A stretch of DNA of 64,000 nt from Hemiscyllium ocellatum. Taxonomy: Eukaryota. The notes under the pieces were generated by a model. It saw only the letters and a list, made by a program, of their open reading frames with translations. It was not told the DNA's origin and made no database searches. A program made the position numbers and the translations under genes. The stretch spans positions 91,170,484 through 91,234,483 of the forward strand of contig NC_083408.1 of NCBI RefSeq assembly GCF_020745735.1, given 5' to 3'. Shown here in pieces: positions 13,497-26,350 of the stretch (its first letter is position 1; each line of letters starts with the position of its first letter).

Positions 13497-14427
13497 TCCA
13501 TTACCTTCGTTATGGGATAGGCGTTTCATGCAGCGTGTATCCATTAGATTTAGAATTGTATTCAGTTAGTATATTCATTTTCTCCTGAGTGGGTCATTGA
13601 TTTTCATTTGTCTTTTGCATATCATTAATTTTGAGTGACTCCTTGCCAAGAATTGATTTCAAAAGATTGTGTTCACACCGGGCTTCAAGATCCTCAGATA
13701 AAAGTAAAATTAGTAGATGCTGGAGATCTGAATTAGGAACAGAAAATCGTGGAGAAACTCAGCAGGTCTGGTGGCATCGAAACAAAGTCAACATTTCAAG
13801 TGTCCCCTCCCATAACTCTTCTTCGAAGTTGATGGAAGCTGGAAAATGATACTATTTATGTAATTGGCAAAGAGGGAAGAGGAGTGAGTGGAAGAAATAG
13901 TGATAGTACCCTGAGGAAAAGGCAAAAGGAGTGTGCCAGTGGTGGTAAAAGAGTAAAATCACATAGTAAACTGATAGTAAAAGTAAGAGGTCATGGGATC
14001 CAAGGAAATTTGGCACATTGGATTCACAATTGGCTGAGTGGCAGAAAGCAGAAGGTGATAGTTGAGAGTTGTTTTTCTGACTAGAAGCCTGTGACCAGGT
14101 GTCAGTCTTGAGCCCTTGCTGTTTGTGATTGCATAAAGGATTTAGACTTGAATATCAGAAGTTTGATCATTAAATTTGCAGATGTTACAAAGATTGGTGG
14201 GTTGGTAAGTATTGCGGAGGATAGCCTTAAATTACAACAGGATATAGATGGACTGCTCAAATGGGCTAATCGGCAGCAAATGGAATTCAATCCAGACAAA
14301 TATTAAGTAATGTACTTGAGCAGGGCAAAACAAGGCAAAGAAATACATGGTGAATTGCATGTACACCAATCCTTTAAGGTATCAGCATAGGTGGATAAAG
14401 GGGTTAAGGAGGCATATGGTATACTTG

Positions 14428-15378
14428 AGCTGAAAATGTGTTGCTGGTTAAAGCACAGCAGGTCAGGCAGCATCCAAGGAACAGGAAATTCGACGTTTCG
14501 GGCCAGAGCCCTTCATCAGGAATGAGGAGAGTGTGCCAGGCAGGCTAAGATAAAAGGTAGGGAGGAGGGACTTGGGGGAGGGGCGATGGAGATGTGATAG
14601 ATGGAAGGAGGTCAAGGTGAGGGTGATAGGTTGGAGTGGGGTGGGGGGCGGAGAGGTCAGGAAGAAGATTGCAGGTTAGGAGGGCGGTGCTGAGTTCAAG
14701 GAAACCGACTGAGACAAGGTGGGGGGAGGGGAAATGAGGAAACTGGAGAAATCTGAGTTCATCCCTTGTGGTTGGAGGGTTCCCAGGAGGAAGATGAGGC
14801 GCTCCTCCTCCAATCGTCGTGTTGTTATGTTCTGCCAGTGGAGGAGTCCAAGGACCTGCATGTCCTCAGTGGAGTGGGAGGGAGAGTTAAAGTGTTGAGC
14901 CACGGGGTGGTTGGGTTGGTTGGTCCGGGCGTCCCAGAGATGTTCCCTGAAGCATTCTGCAAGTAGGCGGCCTGTCTCCCCAATATAGAGGAGGCCACAT
15001 CAGGTGCAGCGGATGCAATAGATGATGTGTGTGGAGGTGCAGGTGAATTTGTGGCTGATATGGAAGGATCCCTTGGGGCCTTGCAGAGAAGTAAGGGAGG
15101 AGGTATGGGCGCAAGTTTTACATTTCCTGCGGTTGCAGGGGAAGGTGCCGGGAGTGGAGGTTGGGTTGCTGGGGGGTGTGGACCTGACGAGGGAGTCACG
15201 AAGGGAGTGGTCTTTGCGGAACGCTGATAGGGGAGGGGAGGGAAATATATCCCTGGTGGTGGGGTCTGTTTGGAGGTGGCGGAAATGACGGCGGATGATA
15301 CGCTGTATACGGAGGTTGGTGGGGTGGTAGGTGAGAACCAGTGGGGTTCTGTCTTGGTGGCAGTTGGAGGGGCGGGGC
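14428..15378 (-). mobile_element. 5'-truncated Penelope-like element (Cys-linker, GIY-YIG endonuclease, terminal repeat with hammerhead)
   Basis: CNRRKCKTC linker, IYCIRCT.CGLLYIGETGR, VAQHFNSPSHS, RRLEEERLIF. Confidence 0.92.
14487..14524 (-). ncRNA. Minimal type-I hammerhead ribozyme motif (intact core)
   Basis: CAUUC-CUGAUGA-A-GGGC-UCUG-GCCC-GAAA-C-GUC^GAAU. Stem I is AUUC/GAAU; stem III is the palindromic ACGU. Confidence 0.8.
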
Positions 15379-18216
15379 TTTATTAGTCAAGGCATAGAGG
15401 AGGGAGGTTATGCTGGAACTGCATAAAATGTTGGTTGGGCCACAGGAAGAGTATTGTATGCAGTTCTGGACTCCACATTGTAGGAGGGATGTGATAGGAC
15501 TGGAGAGGGTGCAGAGGAGATTTACCAGGATATTGCCTGACCTGGAGAGTTGCAGTTATGAAGAGAGGTTGGAGAAGCTAGGGTTGCTTTCATTTGAAGA
15601 AATGAGGTTGAGATGTTTAATGTTATGAGGGCATAGATAGAGTAAACAGGAAGAAATGTTTTCCCTTGATGGAAGGATCAATGACCAGACATAGATTTAA
15701 AAGAAGGAGCATAAGGTTTAGAGAATTAAGGAAAGACTTTTTCATCCAGAGGGGGTGGGAATCTGGAACTAACTGCTTGCAAGGGTGGTAGAGACAGAAA
15801 CCCTCATAACAATTGAGATGTATTTAGATGTACACTTGCAATGCCAAGTATACAATGTCTATGGGCCAAGTGCTAGAAAATGAGATTAGAATAGTTAGGT
15901 GGTTACATTTGACTAGCACAGAAATGATGGGCCAAAGGACATTTTCCTGTGCAGTAAATCTCTCTCTGACTCAATGCAAAATAGATGTTAAAGTTATCTG
16001 TGGATAGTCGAAATTAGGTCAATTTTGTTAAGAGCAACTCTACACAAGCAAGACATGGTGAATGGTGGGGGGCAGGGAGGTGGAATCAGATGGAGGGTAT
16101 TGTTCATGTTCTGAGGCTGTTCAGGAATCAACAATGAGTCCTGAGAATTGTAAAGTGCCTAAGTGGAAGATATTGTTTCTCCAGGTTGTGTTGGCTTGTG
16201 TTGGAAGTACGAGGAGATACGTTCGGTAGTGGCTGAAATGACAGTATGGCCACCAAGTATACTTCACCATCCCCTCGCTTGTCCTTCACTATCTGTTTCA
16301 CTTACTCCTCCTCCCCCTTTGTCAACAACATAAATACCATCACTTTCAATCCCTGTTCAGCTCAAAAGAAATGTCACAGAACTCGAAACATCTATTATCT
16401 CTCTACAGATGCTCCTAGAACTGCTGAGTTTCTTCAGCATTTTCTGTTCCTATTTCATTGTCCACAGGGCATTCAAAACATCTTTAAATCAATGAATTAC
16501 AATTAAGATATTTTATTTTTAAAAATGTATCAATTCTTATTTATTAATGTGGGTGTCATACACTGCAATTGTAAGTTACATTGCAACAAACATGCCTCAT
16601 GACTCAAAGAGCTGTCATGTGCAATAAATTGCTTAGGCATATTTTTAACTGTTGATATGTCAAACAAAACAAGATGCTGGAAATGCAGACAGGTTTGACA
16701 ATATTTATGAAATGACAAGCCAATTTAATATTTAACTTGTCAGAATAGTTTTGACAAGGGCCTACACCCAATTGTTCAAATGGAAGCACAGACTCAGTCC
16801 TAGTGCACTTGCGGCACACATTATGGAGACTATGAAATAAGTTAAAATACAAGAACAATAATTATGAAGTCAAGGTGCTTGAGACGGAGAATCAGTGAAG
16901 TTTTCAGAGAGATGACAAGTTCCATAAGAGGTTGTTAATTTTTAAATGTGTTGTAATTTGTGAAGCTTGAGGAAGCAATATGGAAGTTGAAGCTCAAAAC
17001 GATGAAGGCATTTGATGAACAGGGTGGAACAGGGAAATTTAATTGTATTGGATTGAAATGAGCTTAATGATAAAATGGGGTTGTCAGAAGCTTAGCCTGG
17101 GATTAAACAGTTTACAAGTTTCCTATCTCCTGACTTAACTTGATACAGTTAAAAACATCCTGGTTTTAATTATTGTGAAGTTATTTAGAACTTTATTCTT
17201 TAGGTCAACCTCATGACAATCTGTGTTACATATGTGTACAGTAGACCTTTTCACCCCTGACTTCTGGCATTGCTACAGCATTAACATAATGAATTGGGGG
17301 CAGTGGTGTGAGAAATTGCACTCCTGAGACAGCCGTTCTATGCATCTTTCAATATCTTTGAAATAGCTTCAATAGCATGTCAAAAGGTTGATACTTCCAT
17401 GTTGAAAAACCATTTAGTGAGGATTATAGATCATATTACAGAGGCATCTTCTCTTTATGTAAGCTATTGTACATTGTACTCAAAGGACGCCAGGGTCATT
17501 TTTCATCTTTGGCATCTAATGTCAACACAACCACTCCCAGTTCAGACATGGTATAAAATGAATGCAGAGGAAAACTTGTTCTATACTGGTCTAATAATGT
17601 ACTCAACTTTAGAATAGCACTATTCTTTTAGAATCAAAGAAATTGCAGCCTAGAGAGTGTTGACACAATTCAGGATCAGACTAAGCATATACCTTTGAAG
17701 GGAAAAGGTAGATCCTCCAAAATCAGTGCACTCTGATTGCAAAGGATGAAATAAAACAGAAAAAGGAATCCTTATGATAAAGGGCAGGAGCTGATTCAGT
17801 TAATAATCAGGATGATTATGAAAAGTATAACAGCAAATTGAAAATGTTCCACGGAGGTAAAGAAATATTCTGAAAAAATGAGCAGGCAACAATAAAGTGA
17901 ATGCCACAATATCTATAAAGCATAAATCATTAGCTTGAAGAAAAGTGGGTTCAGAACTGAAACACTAAATGAATATCTTGCTTTTTCACAAACAAAGGGG
18001 ATGATGTGATGATTACACAAAAGGAGACAAGAGAAATTATGAACAGGATAACAGGAGAGTTGTTGGATTGGGAGTACTCTACCTGAAATTTTGGTGTGAA
18101 GCTTGTTCTATTAGTAATTTTAATAAAGGGATGGACAGGTACTTAAGAATGTGGAACTTACAAGTTTACAGATGAAAACCAAGAAAGCCATGCTATTAGA
18201 GGCTGCTTTTTCAAAG

Positions 18217-18409
18217 GCAGACAAGCAGGAGAGGCTGGAAGAACACAGTAAGCCAGACAACAGCAGGAGGTGGAGAAGTCAAGGTTTCAGAAGGTTTCTT
18301 CAGAATTGAGGTTGAGTGTAACGGCAGCTACAGGTAAAGGAGGAGATAGGGGAGGGTTTTGGGTGGAGTGATGAGGTAGCAATAGGTGAACACAGGTATA
18401 GGGTACAAC
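18217..18409 (-). mobile_element. PLE terminal-repeat fragment (fourth family, CUGAAGA-type hammerhead remnant)
   Basis: TSD CTGCTTTT(T)CAAAG at 18203-18216 and 18410-18422; GCTGGAAGAACACAG terminal motif. Confidence 0.6.
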
Positions 18410-18458
18410 CTGCTTTTCAAAGAGCCAGCACAAGAATGAGGGGTTGAATGATCTCCTA

Positions 18459-18556
18459 GGGTTTAGATCAGAGTGGTGCTGGAAAAGCACAGCAGGTCAG
18501 GCAGCATCCGAAGAGCAGGAAAATCGATGTTTCGGGCAAAAGCCCTTCATCAGGTC
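18459..18556 (-). mobile_element. 98-bp hammerhead-containing mini-insertion
   Basis: Perfect 14-bp TSD TGAATGATCTCCTA (18445-18458, 18557-18570). The minus strand begins GAC-CTGATGAAGGGCTTTTGCCCGAAACATC. Confidence 0.88.
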
Positions 18557-18889
18557 TGAATGATCTCCTATCCTATTGAGTACTTTTATTCTACAATCCT
18601 AAAAGATGTTGAAGATTGAATGAGATGCTCTGGAAAATGATCAAGACTGATTTGTATCAGTAATGTTAAGAGGACTTTATACAAATATTGGCAAGAAATC
18701 TGATTTACAGTATCAAGTATACATCAATCAATGTTTTCTTTCTTGAATTTTGAAATTAAGATCAGTTTGACTAAAATGAGAAAAAAAATACATTTACACA
18801 GGACAGAATGTTTTGAATCCAATGAAATGCACCTTAGTATGGTCATCTTGTAACATGGAAATCAGAGCAACACAGATGACTTGGTGGTG

Positions 18890-19415
18890 GGCAAAAAGCC
18901 ATTCAATAGTCTGTGATACTACTTCTGGATAAGTTCCCTGGGACACATACTGAAACAATCATCAAATGTGCCTGTAGGAGAATCAACTCAGTGAAAGATG
19001 CTCTTTTGTCTGCCAAAACTTGTTGGTCTTCCAAAACAGTCTTCCAGACCCCGACCGAGTGTTGCAACTAGCATATTCCAACGTCTAGGACTGTGTCCTG
19101 AGGGATGCACTAAAATGTGGGTCAGCTGTTACCGAAGTGCAGTGGGGAAAGACCGCTGTCTGAGGTCTTCCTGCTGAAGTTAAATGGGGGTCCATTCAGT
19201 TATTGGACCTTCCTGGTGCCTCAAATGTATGTAAATATAGTTTGGTTCAAGTAAGAGATGCCGTTGGTTTGTTTGGAGAGTCAAACTCCAATGTTTGCTT
19301 GTTTTCTTCATGTGCTATTTATTCTACAGAACCAAATTGCGTTTGTGACTATGTGTTATATATATGTAAAGATTTTTCTGATGATTTAAAGTATATATTT
19401 GAAATAATTAAAATA
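18890..19415 (+). mobile_element. Tx1-like (L1 clade) LINE 3' fragment
   Basis: Decayed FPGTHTET..CA.RINSVKDAL.SAKNLLVFQ...TECC...VLRDALK...QWGKTAV* C-terminus followed by a 3' UTR. Confidence 0.7.
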
Positions 19416-19439
19416 CTTAATGGATAAAACAAAATAGAA

Positions 19440-19660
19440 AAGACAGCAGCCAAGCTACACGCAGCAAATCCCCGCAAACAATGATATAATAATGAGCAGA
19501 TAATCTGTTTCAGTGGTGTTGATTGAGGGATGAATATTGGCCAAGACACGAGATAACTCCCCTACTGTTCAACAAGAGTGCCATTTTAAGCTCACCATAG
19601 AAGAAAAACATTGAACGTCCCATTCAAAAGACAGCAACTCCAACAATGCTCTTCGTACTT
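19440..19660 (-). mobile_element. Deu-domain SINE (SacSINE1/AmnSINE-like) remnant
   Basis: GATTGAGGGATGAATATTGGCCAAGACAC...AACTCCCCT...GTGCCAT core, shared with 27730-28100. Confidence 0.6.
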
Positions 19661-22220
19661 CACAAGCGTTTTATCGAAATTAATTGAATTCGCTTTATTG
19701 TCATGTGTACTCAAAAGAGGACAGTGAAAATTTCAGGCAAGAAAGGCATCTGGATGGGTATATGAACAGGAAGGGTTTGGAGGGATATTGGCCAAGTGCT
19801 GGCAAATGGGACTAGATTAGATTAGGATAACTGGTCGGCATGGACGAGTTGAACCGAACGGTCTATGCCCGAACTGTACATCTCTATGACTTCTGCGCTC
19901 ATATATATGTAACCTCCGCCCAACATGGGCAAAATACGCTCTCTGGACATTATCACATTGTAAAATTTCCAACATTACAACAATAACACAGTAACATTGC
20001 AGAGTACATCATCAGCTACATAGGCTCTTGGACACCCGGAGGTCGTGAAAGCTGCTGTATAAATGCAAGGAATTCTATCACATTAGCGTGGGTAAAATAA
20101 AACTAAAGTAAAACGAATCTTCTCCCAACGTAACCTACACTGAGAAAGCGAATAGTCCTCATCCACAGTGAAATGGGACAATACACATTCAACTACAAGT
20201 GTACATTTCCCGCTGGCAAGTGAAGCAAATTTGCATTCAAAATATGTTAACTGCGGTATATCCACCCATACACACAGTGGTGAAAAAATGAGCGAACAGA
20301 CTTCAAAGGTGAAAATGTATTACCTGCTGAGAATGTATGCTCGAGGTCCTAAACGTGAGAACTAAATAGCGTCACTTGTCAATACCGGTTTAAACCATGA
20401 AAGTTACGATCATAAAATGTGTCCATTTGATCACGCTGTTTATACTGGGACCTCCTTTCCCTGCAATAACCACGGCGAAAAATGACAGCGCCTCTAAGTC
20501 CGTATGAGCCGCGGAACACTGGCTGGGTTTAGGAATGGACATAAAGGCAAAACAGTGCAATCGAACCAATTACAATCTGTCACTTCTTTCAGTTTTAATT
20601 CAGCACCCCGGTCATATTCTATCAGTCTGACGACCGGCGAATCCTCCAATCGCCCACCACTGAACCCGATTTGAACATTGCAACAGCTTCAACTTAAAAA
20701 AAATTGTCAAGCACTTTGCGACTTTTCGAGACTGTGTAAGGCGCTACACAAATGCAAGTTTTTCTGTTGCTCTGCTTTCCCTCGAGCCAACCGGTGATGA
20801 CCAAATACTTCCAGAAATATATTTTTTTTCTCTCGCCCCGGGCTTAGCATTTCTCCAGTGACACGTTTCGATTTAAAATTTGCTCTTGGAGACTGCGGAG
20901 CATTTTTTATTGTTGTTACATTAACCTGGAATGGGGTGTGGAGTGGGGGTGGGGGGGATGCTGGTGAGCAGCACTCGCCCCAACTGATCAAGTCGTAGTG
21001 ACCTTTTGGTTACAGGATTTCCGGAGGACTGCCTCTGAGTTATATGCTTCTTTTAATGAAAATTGGAGTGTATTTTTTGGTGAATAAAGACCAGTCTACT
21101 TCTGGTATAGTGTAGAAGTGCGCAGCTCATCACACTGTCCAAAACACCCATTTCATTTAAAGTTGGAAATATAATTTCCTGGAGTTTGTGGTTTGGATCC
21201 GTGCAGTCAGCAGCCCTGCTGTTTATGTAATGGGATGGTGGATTTGGCGTTTCTGAAATGACCAGCTGCAAGTCTTTTGGATAATTATGCGTCATAAATT
21301 ATACACTTATTATTTTAAAGTATCTAAAAAAATCAGGGAGCGTGTGAACTGGGATTCACACTCGGTGGTTGACAAATTTGCAGTGCTGTTCCTGCACTGT
21401 ACTGAGCTCTGTTCTGTGTTCTATGGATGCTTATGAATGACAGGCTGGCACGGACATGTTTTGTGATTCAGCCACGAACTGCAAGGTTAGCATCGCCAAT
21501 AAAAGTGCGCCAGGAAACAATTCGGTGTTAGTCCAAACTCCAATCTGCTAATGAAGAGCATTTATGATCTTTGAACAAGCGTCATGACAATAGTGGGCGT
21601 CACCTTCAGTTCTCTTTTTTGTCATTATTGTAAAGGTTTTTCGGTTCCACCTACTTGCCGTTTCCATTGGACTTTGTTGAGCTTTATTTTAAAATAGTAA
21701 TCCTGATAATAGCTTGGATCTGTTACGATTCAGATATCCAAGACTTGACTTCCATCTCAGCAATGTTGTCTCCTTCTGCCAATAGCTCACTCCCCGTGGA
21801 GTGAAATTAGTAACAACATCTTTCCTGCCTCCGGACCCAGCAAGCTGAATATGTTTCTTGCCGATTCACCCTAGCATCATACCTGTTGCCCGTCCCTAAC
21901 TGCCCTGATAAACGTTGACACAACTGCTGGGCTCATTTAGTTACTTCAAAGTGCAATTAACAGTCATCCTTATCAGAATGGGACGAGAGTCACCTGTCGG
22001 CCAGATCGGGTAAGAACAGCACACTACTTTCTCTGGAGTTTGAATAACAATGCAACCTCTTTGTGGTCAATTTGATTGACAAATAGAATTCAAATCTTTA
22101 ACTTGCCACGGTGCAATTTCAACCCGGTAAAAACAAGGGCTGCAGATGCTGGACACCAGAGACTAGATTAGAATGGTGCTGGAAAAGCACAGCAGTTCAG
22201 GCAGCATCCGAGGAGCAGGA

Positions 22221-22258
22221 AAATCGACGTTTCGGGTAAGAGCCCTTCATCAGGAATA
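22221..22258 (-). ncRNA. Hammerhead ribozyme motif (GUC site, one stem II mismatch)
   Basis: UAUUC-CUGAUGA-A-GGG-CUCUUA-CCC-GAAAC-GUC-GAUUU. Confidence 0.7.
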
Positions 22259-22587
22259 CAGCCTGAAGGGTGGCGAGATAAATGAGAGGAGGGTGGGGGT
22301 GGGGAGAAAGTAGCATAGAGTACAATAGATGAGTGGGGGAGGGGACGAAGGTGATAGGTCTTCAGGGCAGAGGAAATGACCTGGGAGTTGCAGTGGGAAA
22401 GGGACTCCCTGAGATTCTTGCAGGGAGAGGAGGAAAACTTCTTCAAGGCAGGCATCCTTGCAAGAGGATTCGCAGTAGGGTTAAAATCAACGAGGTAAAA
22501 ACAATGACTGCAGATGCTGGAAACCAGAGTCTAGATTAGAGTGGTGCTGGAAAAGCACAGCAGTTCAGGCAGCATCTGAGGAGCAGG

Positions 22588-22628
22588 AAAATCAACGTTT
22601 CGGGCAAAAGCCCTTCATCAGGAATACA
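22588..22628 (-). ncRNA. Hammerhead ribozyme motif (GUU site)
   Basis: UAUUC-CUGAUGA-A-GGGC-UUUU-GCCC-GAAAC-GUU-GAUUU. Confidence 0.7.
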
Positions 22629-25251
22629 GGCAGAGACCCTGAAGGGTGGAGAGATAAATGAGAGGAGGGTGGGGGTGGGGAGAAAGTAGCATAGAGTACA
22701 ATAGCTGAGGGGGGAGGGGATGAAGGTGAAGTGGATAGGTGGAAAAGGAGATAGGCAGGTTGGACAAGTCGTGGGGACAGTGCTGAGCTGGAAGTTTGGA
22801 ACTAGGGTGAGGTGGGGGAAGGGGAAATGAGGAAACTGTTGAAGTCCACAGTGATGCCATGGGGTTGAAGTGTTCTGAGGCGGAAGATGAGGCGTTCTTC
22901 CTCCAGGCGTCTGGTGGTGAGGAAGCGACAGTGAAGGAGGCCCAGGACCTCCATGTCCTCGGCAGAGTGGGAGGGGGAGTTGAAATGTTGGGCCACAGGG
23001 CGGTGTGGTTGATTGATGCGGGTGTCCCAGAGATGTTCCCTAAAGCGCTCTGCTAGGAGGCGCCCAGTATCCTCAATGTAGAGAAGACCGCATTGGGAGC
23101 AACGGATACAATAAATGATATTGGTGGATGTGTGGAAGGCTCCTTTAGGGCCTTGGATGGAGGTGAGGGAGGAGGTGTGGGCGCAGGTTTTGCAATTCCT
23201 GCGGTGGCAGGGGAAGGTGCCAGGATGGGACCTCACCATCAAGCCAGCGGATAAAGGGGGTGCAGTGGTAGTCTGGCGCACTGACCTCTTCATCGCTGAA
23301 GCCAGACGCCAACTCGAGGACACCTCCTCCTACCACCCCCTTGACCATGACCCCACCTCCCCATCACCAAACTATCATCTCCCAGACCATACAGAACCTC
23401 ATCACCTCAGGAGATCTCCCACTCACAGCTTCCAACCTCATAGTGCGGGAACCTCGCACTTCCCGGTTCTACCTCCTTTCCAAGATCCACAAGCCTGACC
23501 AGCCTGGCTGACCTATTGTCTCAGCATGCTCGTGCCCCACTGATTTCATTTCTACCTACCTCGACACTGTCCTATCCCCCCTAGTCCAGGAACTCCCCAC
23601 CACCCACGCCCTCCACCTCCTCCAAGACTTCCGTTTACCCCACCCCCAACACCTCATCTTCACCATGGATATCCAATCCCTCTACGCCTCCATCCACCAT
23701 AACCAAGGCCTCCAAACCCTCCGTTTCTCCCTCTCCTGACGTCCCCAACAGTACCCTTCCACCGACACTCACATTCATTTGGCCGAACTGGTCCTCACCC
23801 TTAACAATTTCTCCTTCAAATCCTCCCACTTCCTCCAGACCAAAGGGGTAGCCATGGGCACACGTATGAGCCCCAGCTATGCCTGTCTCTTTGTTGGCTA
23901 CGTAGAACAGTCGATCTTCCATAATTACACCGGTGCCACTCCCCACCTCTTCCTCCGCTACATTGATGATTGCATTGGCGCCACTTCGTGTTCCCGCAAG
24001 GAAGTTGAGCAATTCATCAACTTCACCAACACATTCCACCCTGACCTTAAATTTACCTGGACCATCTCTGATGCCTCCCTCCCCTTCCTGGACCTCTCCA
24101 TCTCCATTAATGACGACCGACTTGACACCGACATTTTTTACAAACTCATTTTTTGCTGACTCCCACAGCAATCTGGATTACACCTCTTCCCACCCTACCT
24201 CTTGCAAAAATGACATCCTGTATTCCCAATTCATCCGCCTCCTCCGTATCTGCTCCCAGGAGGACCAGTTCCACCATAGAACACATCAGATGGCCTCCTT
24301 CTTTAGAGACTGCAATTTCCCTTCCCACATGGTTAAAGATGCCCTCCAACACATCTCGTCCACATCCCGCACCTCCGCCCTCACATGCCACTCCTCCAAC
24401 CGTAACAAGGACAGAATGCCCCTGGTGCTCACCTTCCACCCTACCAACCTTCGCATAAACCAAATCATCCGCCGACATTTCCGCCACCTCCAAAAAGACC
24501 CCACCACCAGGGATATATTTCCCTCCCCACCCCTTTCCGCTTCCGCAAAGACTGTTCCCTCCGTAACTACCTGGTCAGGTCCACGCCCCCCTACAACCCA
24601 CCTTCCCATGCTGGCATCTTCCCCTGCCACCGCAGGAATTGCAAAACCTGCGCCAATACCTCCTCCTTCATCTTTATCCAAGGCCCCAAAGGAGCCTTCC
24701 ACAGGCATCAAAGTTTTACCTGCACATCCACTAATATCATTTATTGTATCCGTTGCTCCCAATGCGGTCTCCTCTACATTGGGGAGACTGGACGCCTCCT
24801 AGCAGAGCGCTTTAGGGAACATCTCTGGGACACCCGCACCAATCAACCATACCACCCTGTGGCCTAACATTTCAACTCCCCCTCCCACTCAGCCAAGGAC
24901 ATGGAGGCCCTGGGTCTCCTTCACCACCGCTTCCTCACCACCAGACGCCTGGAGGAAGAACGCCTCATCTTCCGCCTGGGAACACTTCAACCCCAGGGCA
25001 TCAATGTGGACTTCAACAGTTTCCTCATTTCCCCTTCCCCCACCTCACCCTAGTTCCAAACTTCCAGCTCAGCACTGTCCCCATGACTCGTCCTACCTGC
25101 CTATCTTCTTTTCCACCTATCCACTTCACCCTCCCCCCCCCCGACCTATCACCTTCATCCCCTCCCCCACTCACCTATTGTACTCTATGCTACTTTCTCC
25201 CCAACCCCACCATCCTCTCATTTATCTCTCCACCCTTCAGGCTCTCTGCCT

Positions 25252-25292
25252 GTATTCCTGATGAAGGGCTTTTGCCCGAAACATCGATTTTC
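25252..25292 (+). ncRNA. Hammerhead ribozyme motif (AUC, CpG-decayed stem III)
   Basis: GUAUUC-CUGAUGA-A-GGGC-UUUU-GCCC-GAAAC-AUC-GAUUU. Confidence 0.65.
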
Positions 25293-26350
25293 CTGCTCCT
25301 CGGATGCTGCCTGAACTGCTGTGCTTTTCCAACACCACTCTAGTCTAGACTCTGGAATTCAATCCACATTGTCTTGTTTATCCAGTCTAGTAATACAAGC
25401 AGCATGCTACACTGTCTGAGTTCCACTCGTCCTGTCCTTATTGGATTCCATACACTTCTGTTACACCAGAGTGAAATCTTAGTCCTACATTACAAATCCC
25501 TCAGTGATTCATTTCATTTTCCCTCTACAACTATCTTCAGCTGCATGCAACAGCTCATGAACTTAATCATCTGACTCTCTTTTCCAATGCATCCCCTCTT
25601 TGAATGTTTTTCCAAAAAATGGCAGCAGCTGTGGTATCCAGCCATCACAGCCTAATTGACGAAACACTCCTCCCAGCACAATCCCCATCTTTATTGTCTC
25701 CTGAAAACCCATCTTTCCCATGGGGCTTGTGGCCATCTGAAGCACAGTGGAACATTGAGGTTAAAATTTTATAAAGCAAGTGTTAGCACAAAGCACCATT
25801 GAAGTGACACAATGCCAAAGCACAGCAGATTTCTGAGTATGTTTGCTGAAGGCTCAGCTGACACTTTATCCTGTCCTGAAAGAGCTGATTCCTGCTGGTG
25901 TGTGACTTCACAGGCACCAACATAAGCACAGCGTGTACCCATCCATCATGCATAAACCAAAAGTGCCAGCAAAGTATATGGAATGTGCGGGTGAGGGAAC
26001 AAATTATAGCTAAAATAATTGTGCTCTCATCTGACATCCACAAACACAAGATTCCCAACAGGCAGTATATAATTTTCTCCCATTGACAGTGACATCAATT
26101 TTTGCATCCGATCTGGTGGCCCAGCTATGAATCAATTCTCAGCAAAGCTTGAATAACTCTCTATGCCTCTCTATTTCGTTTTATGGCCATGGTCAAGATT
26201 TACCTGCAAGTCTTTCAAAGATTAGATTAGATTCCCTTCAGAATGGAAAGAGGCCCTTTGGCCGGACAAGTCCACACTGACCCTCCAAAGAGTAATCCTC
26301 CCAGACCCATTCCCCTACCCTATATTTACCCCTGACTGATGCACCTAACA

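Larger units (their letters stand above)
13960..15970 (+). mobile_element. CR1 LINE 3' portion, split by a PLE insertion at 14428-15378
   Basis: KLIVKVRGHGIQGNLAHWIHNWLSGRKQKV before the insertion; EYCMQFWTPH and LERVQRRFTR after it. The junction ATACTTG|...|CTTTATTAG rejoins CR1 sequence. Confidence 0.88.
22126..25355. mobile_element. Neptune-type Penelope-like retroelement with large 5' inversion (22126-23230 minus; 23231-25355 plus), frameshifted
   Basis: Plus arm: LTIKPADKGGAVVVW, FTMDIQSLY, QTKGVAMGTRMSPSYACLF, LRYIDD, LPFLDL (PLE RT), CHRRNCKTC linker, IYCIRCSQCGLLYIGETGR (GIY-YIG), then the terminal repeat. The minus arm repeats GIY-YIG and two terminal repeats. Confidence 0.95.

Noticed and set aside
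20200-20700. snRNA-type gene suggested by the octamer motif
   Set aside because: No recognisable snRNA body, Sm site or convincing PSE.
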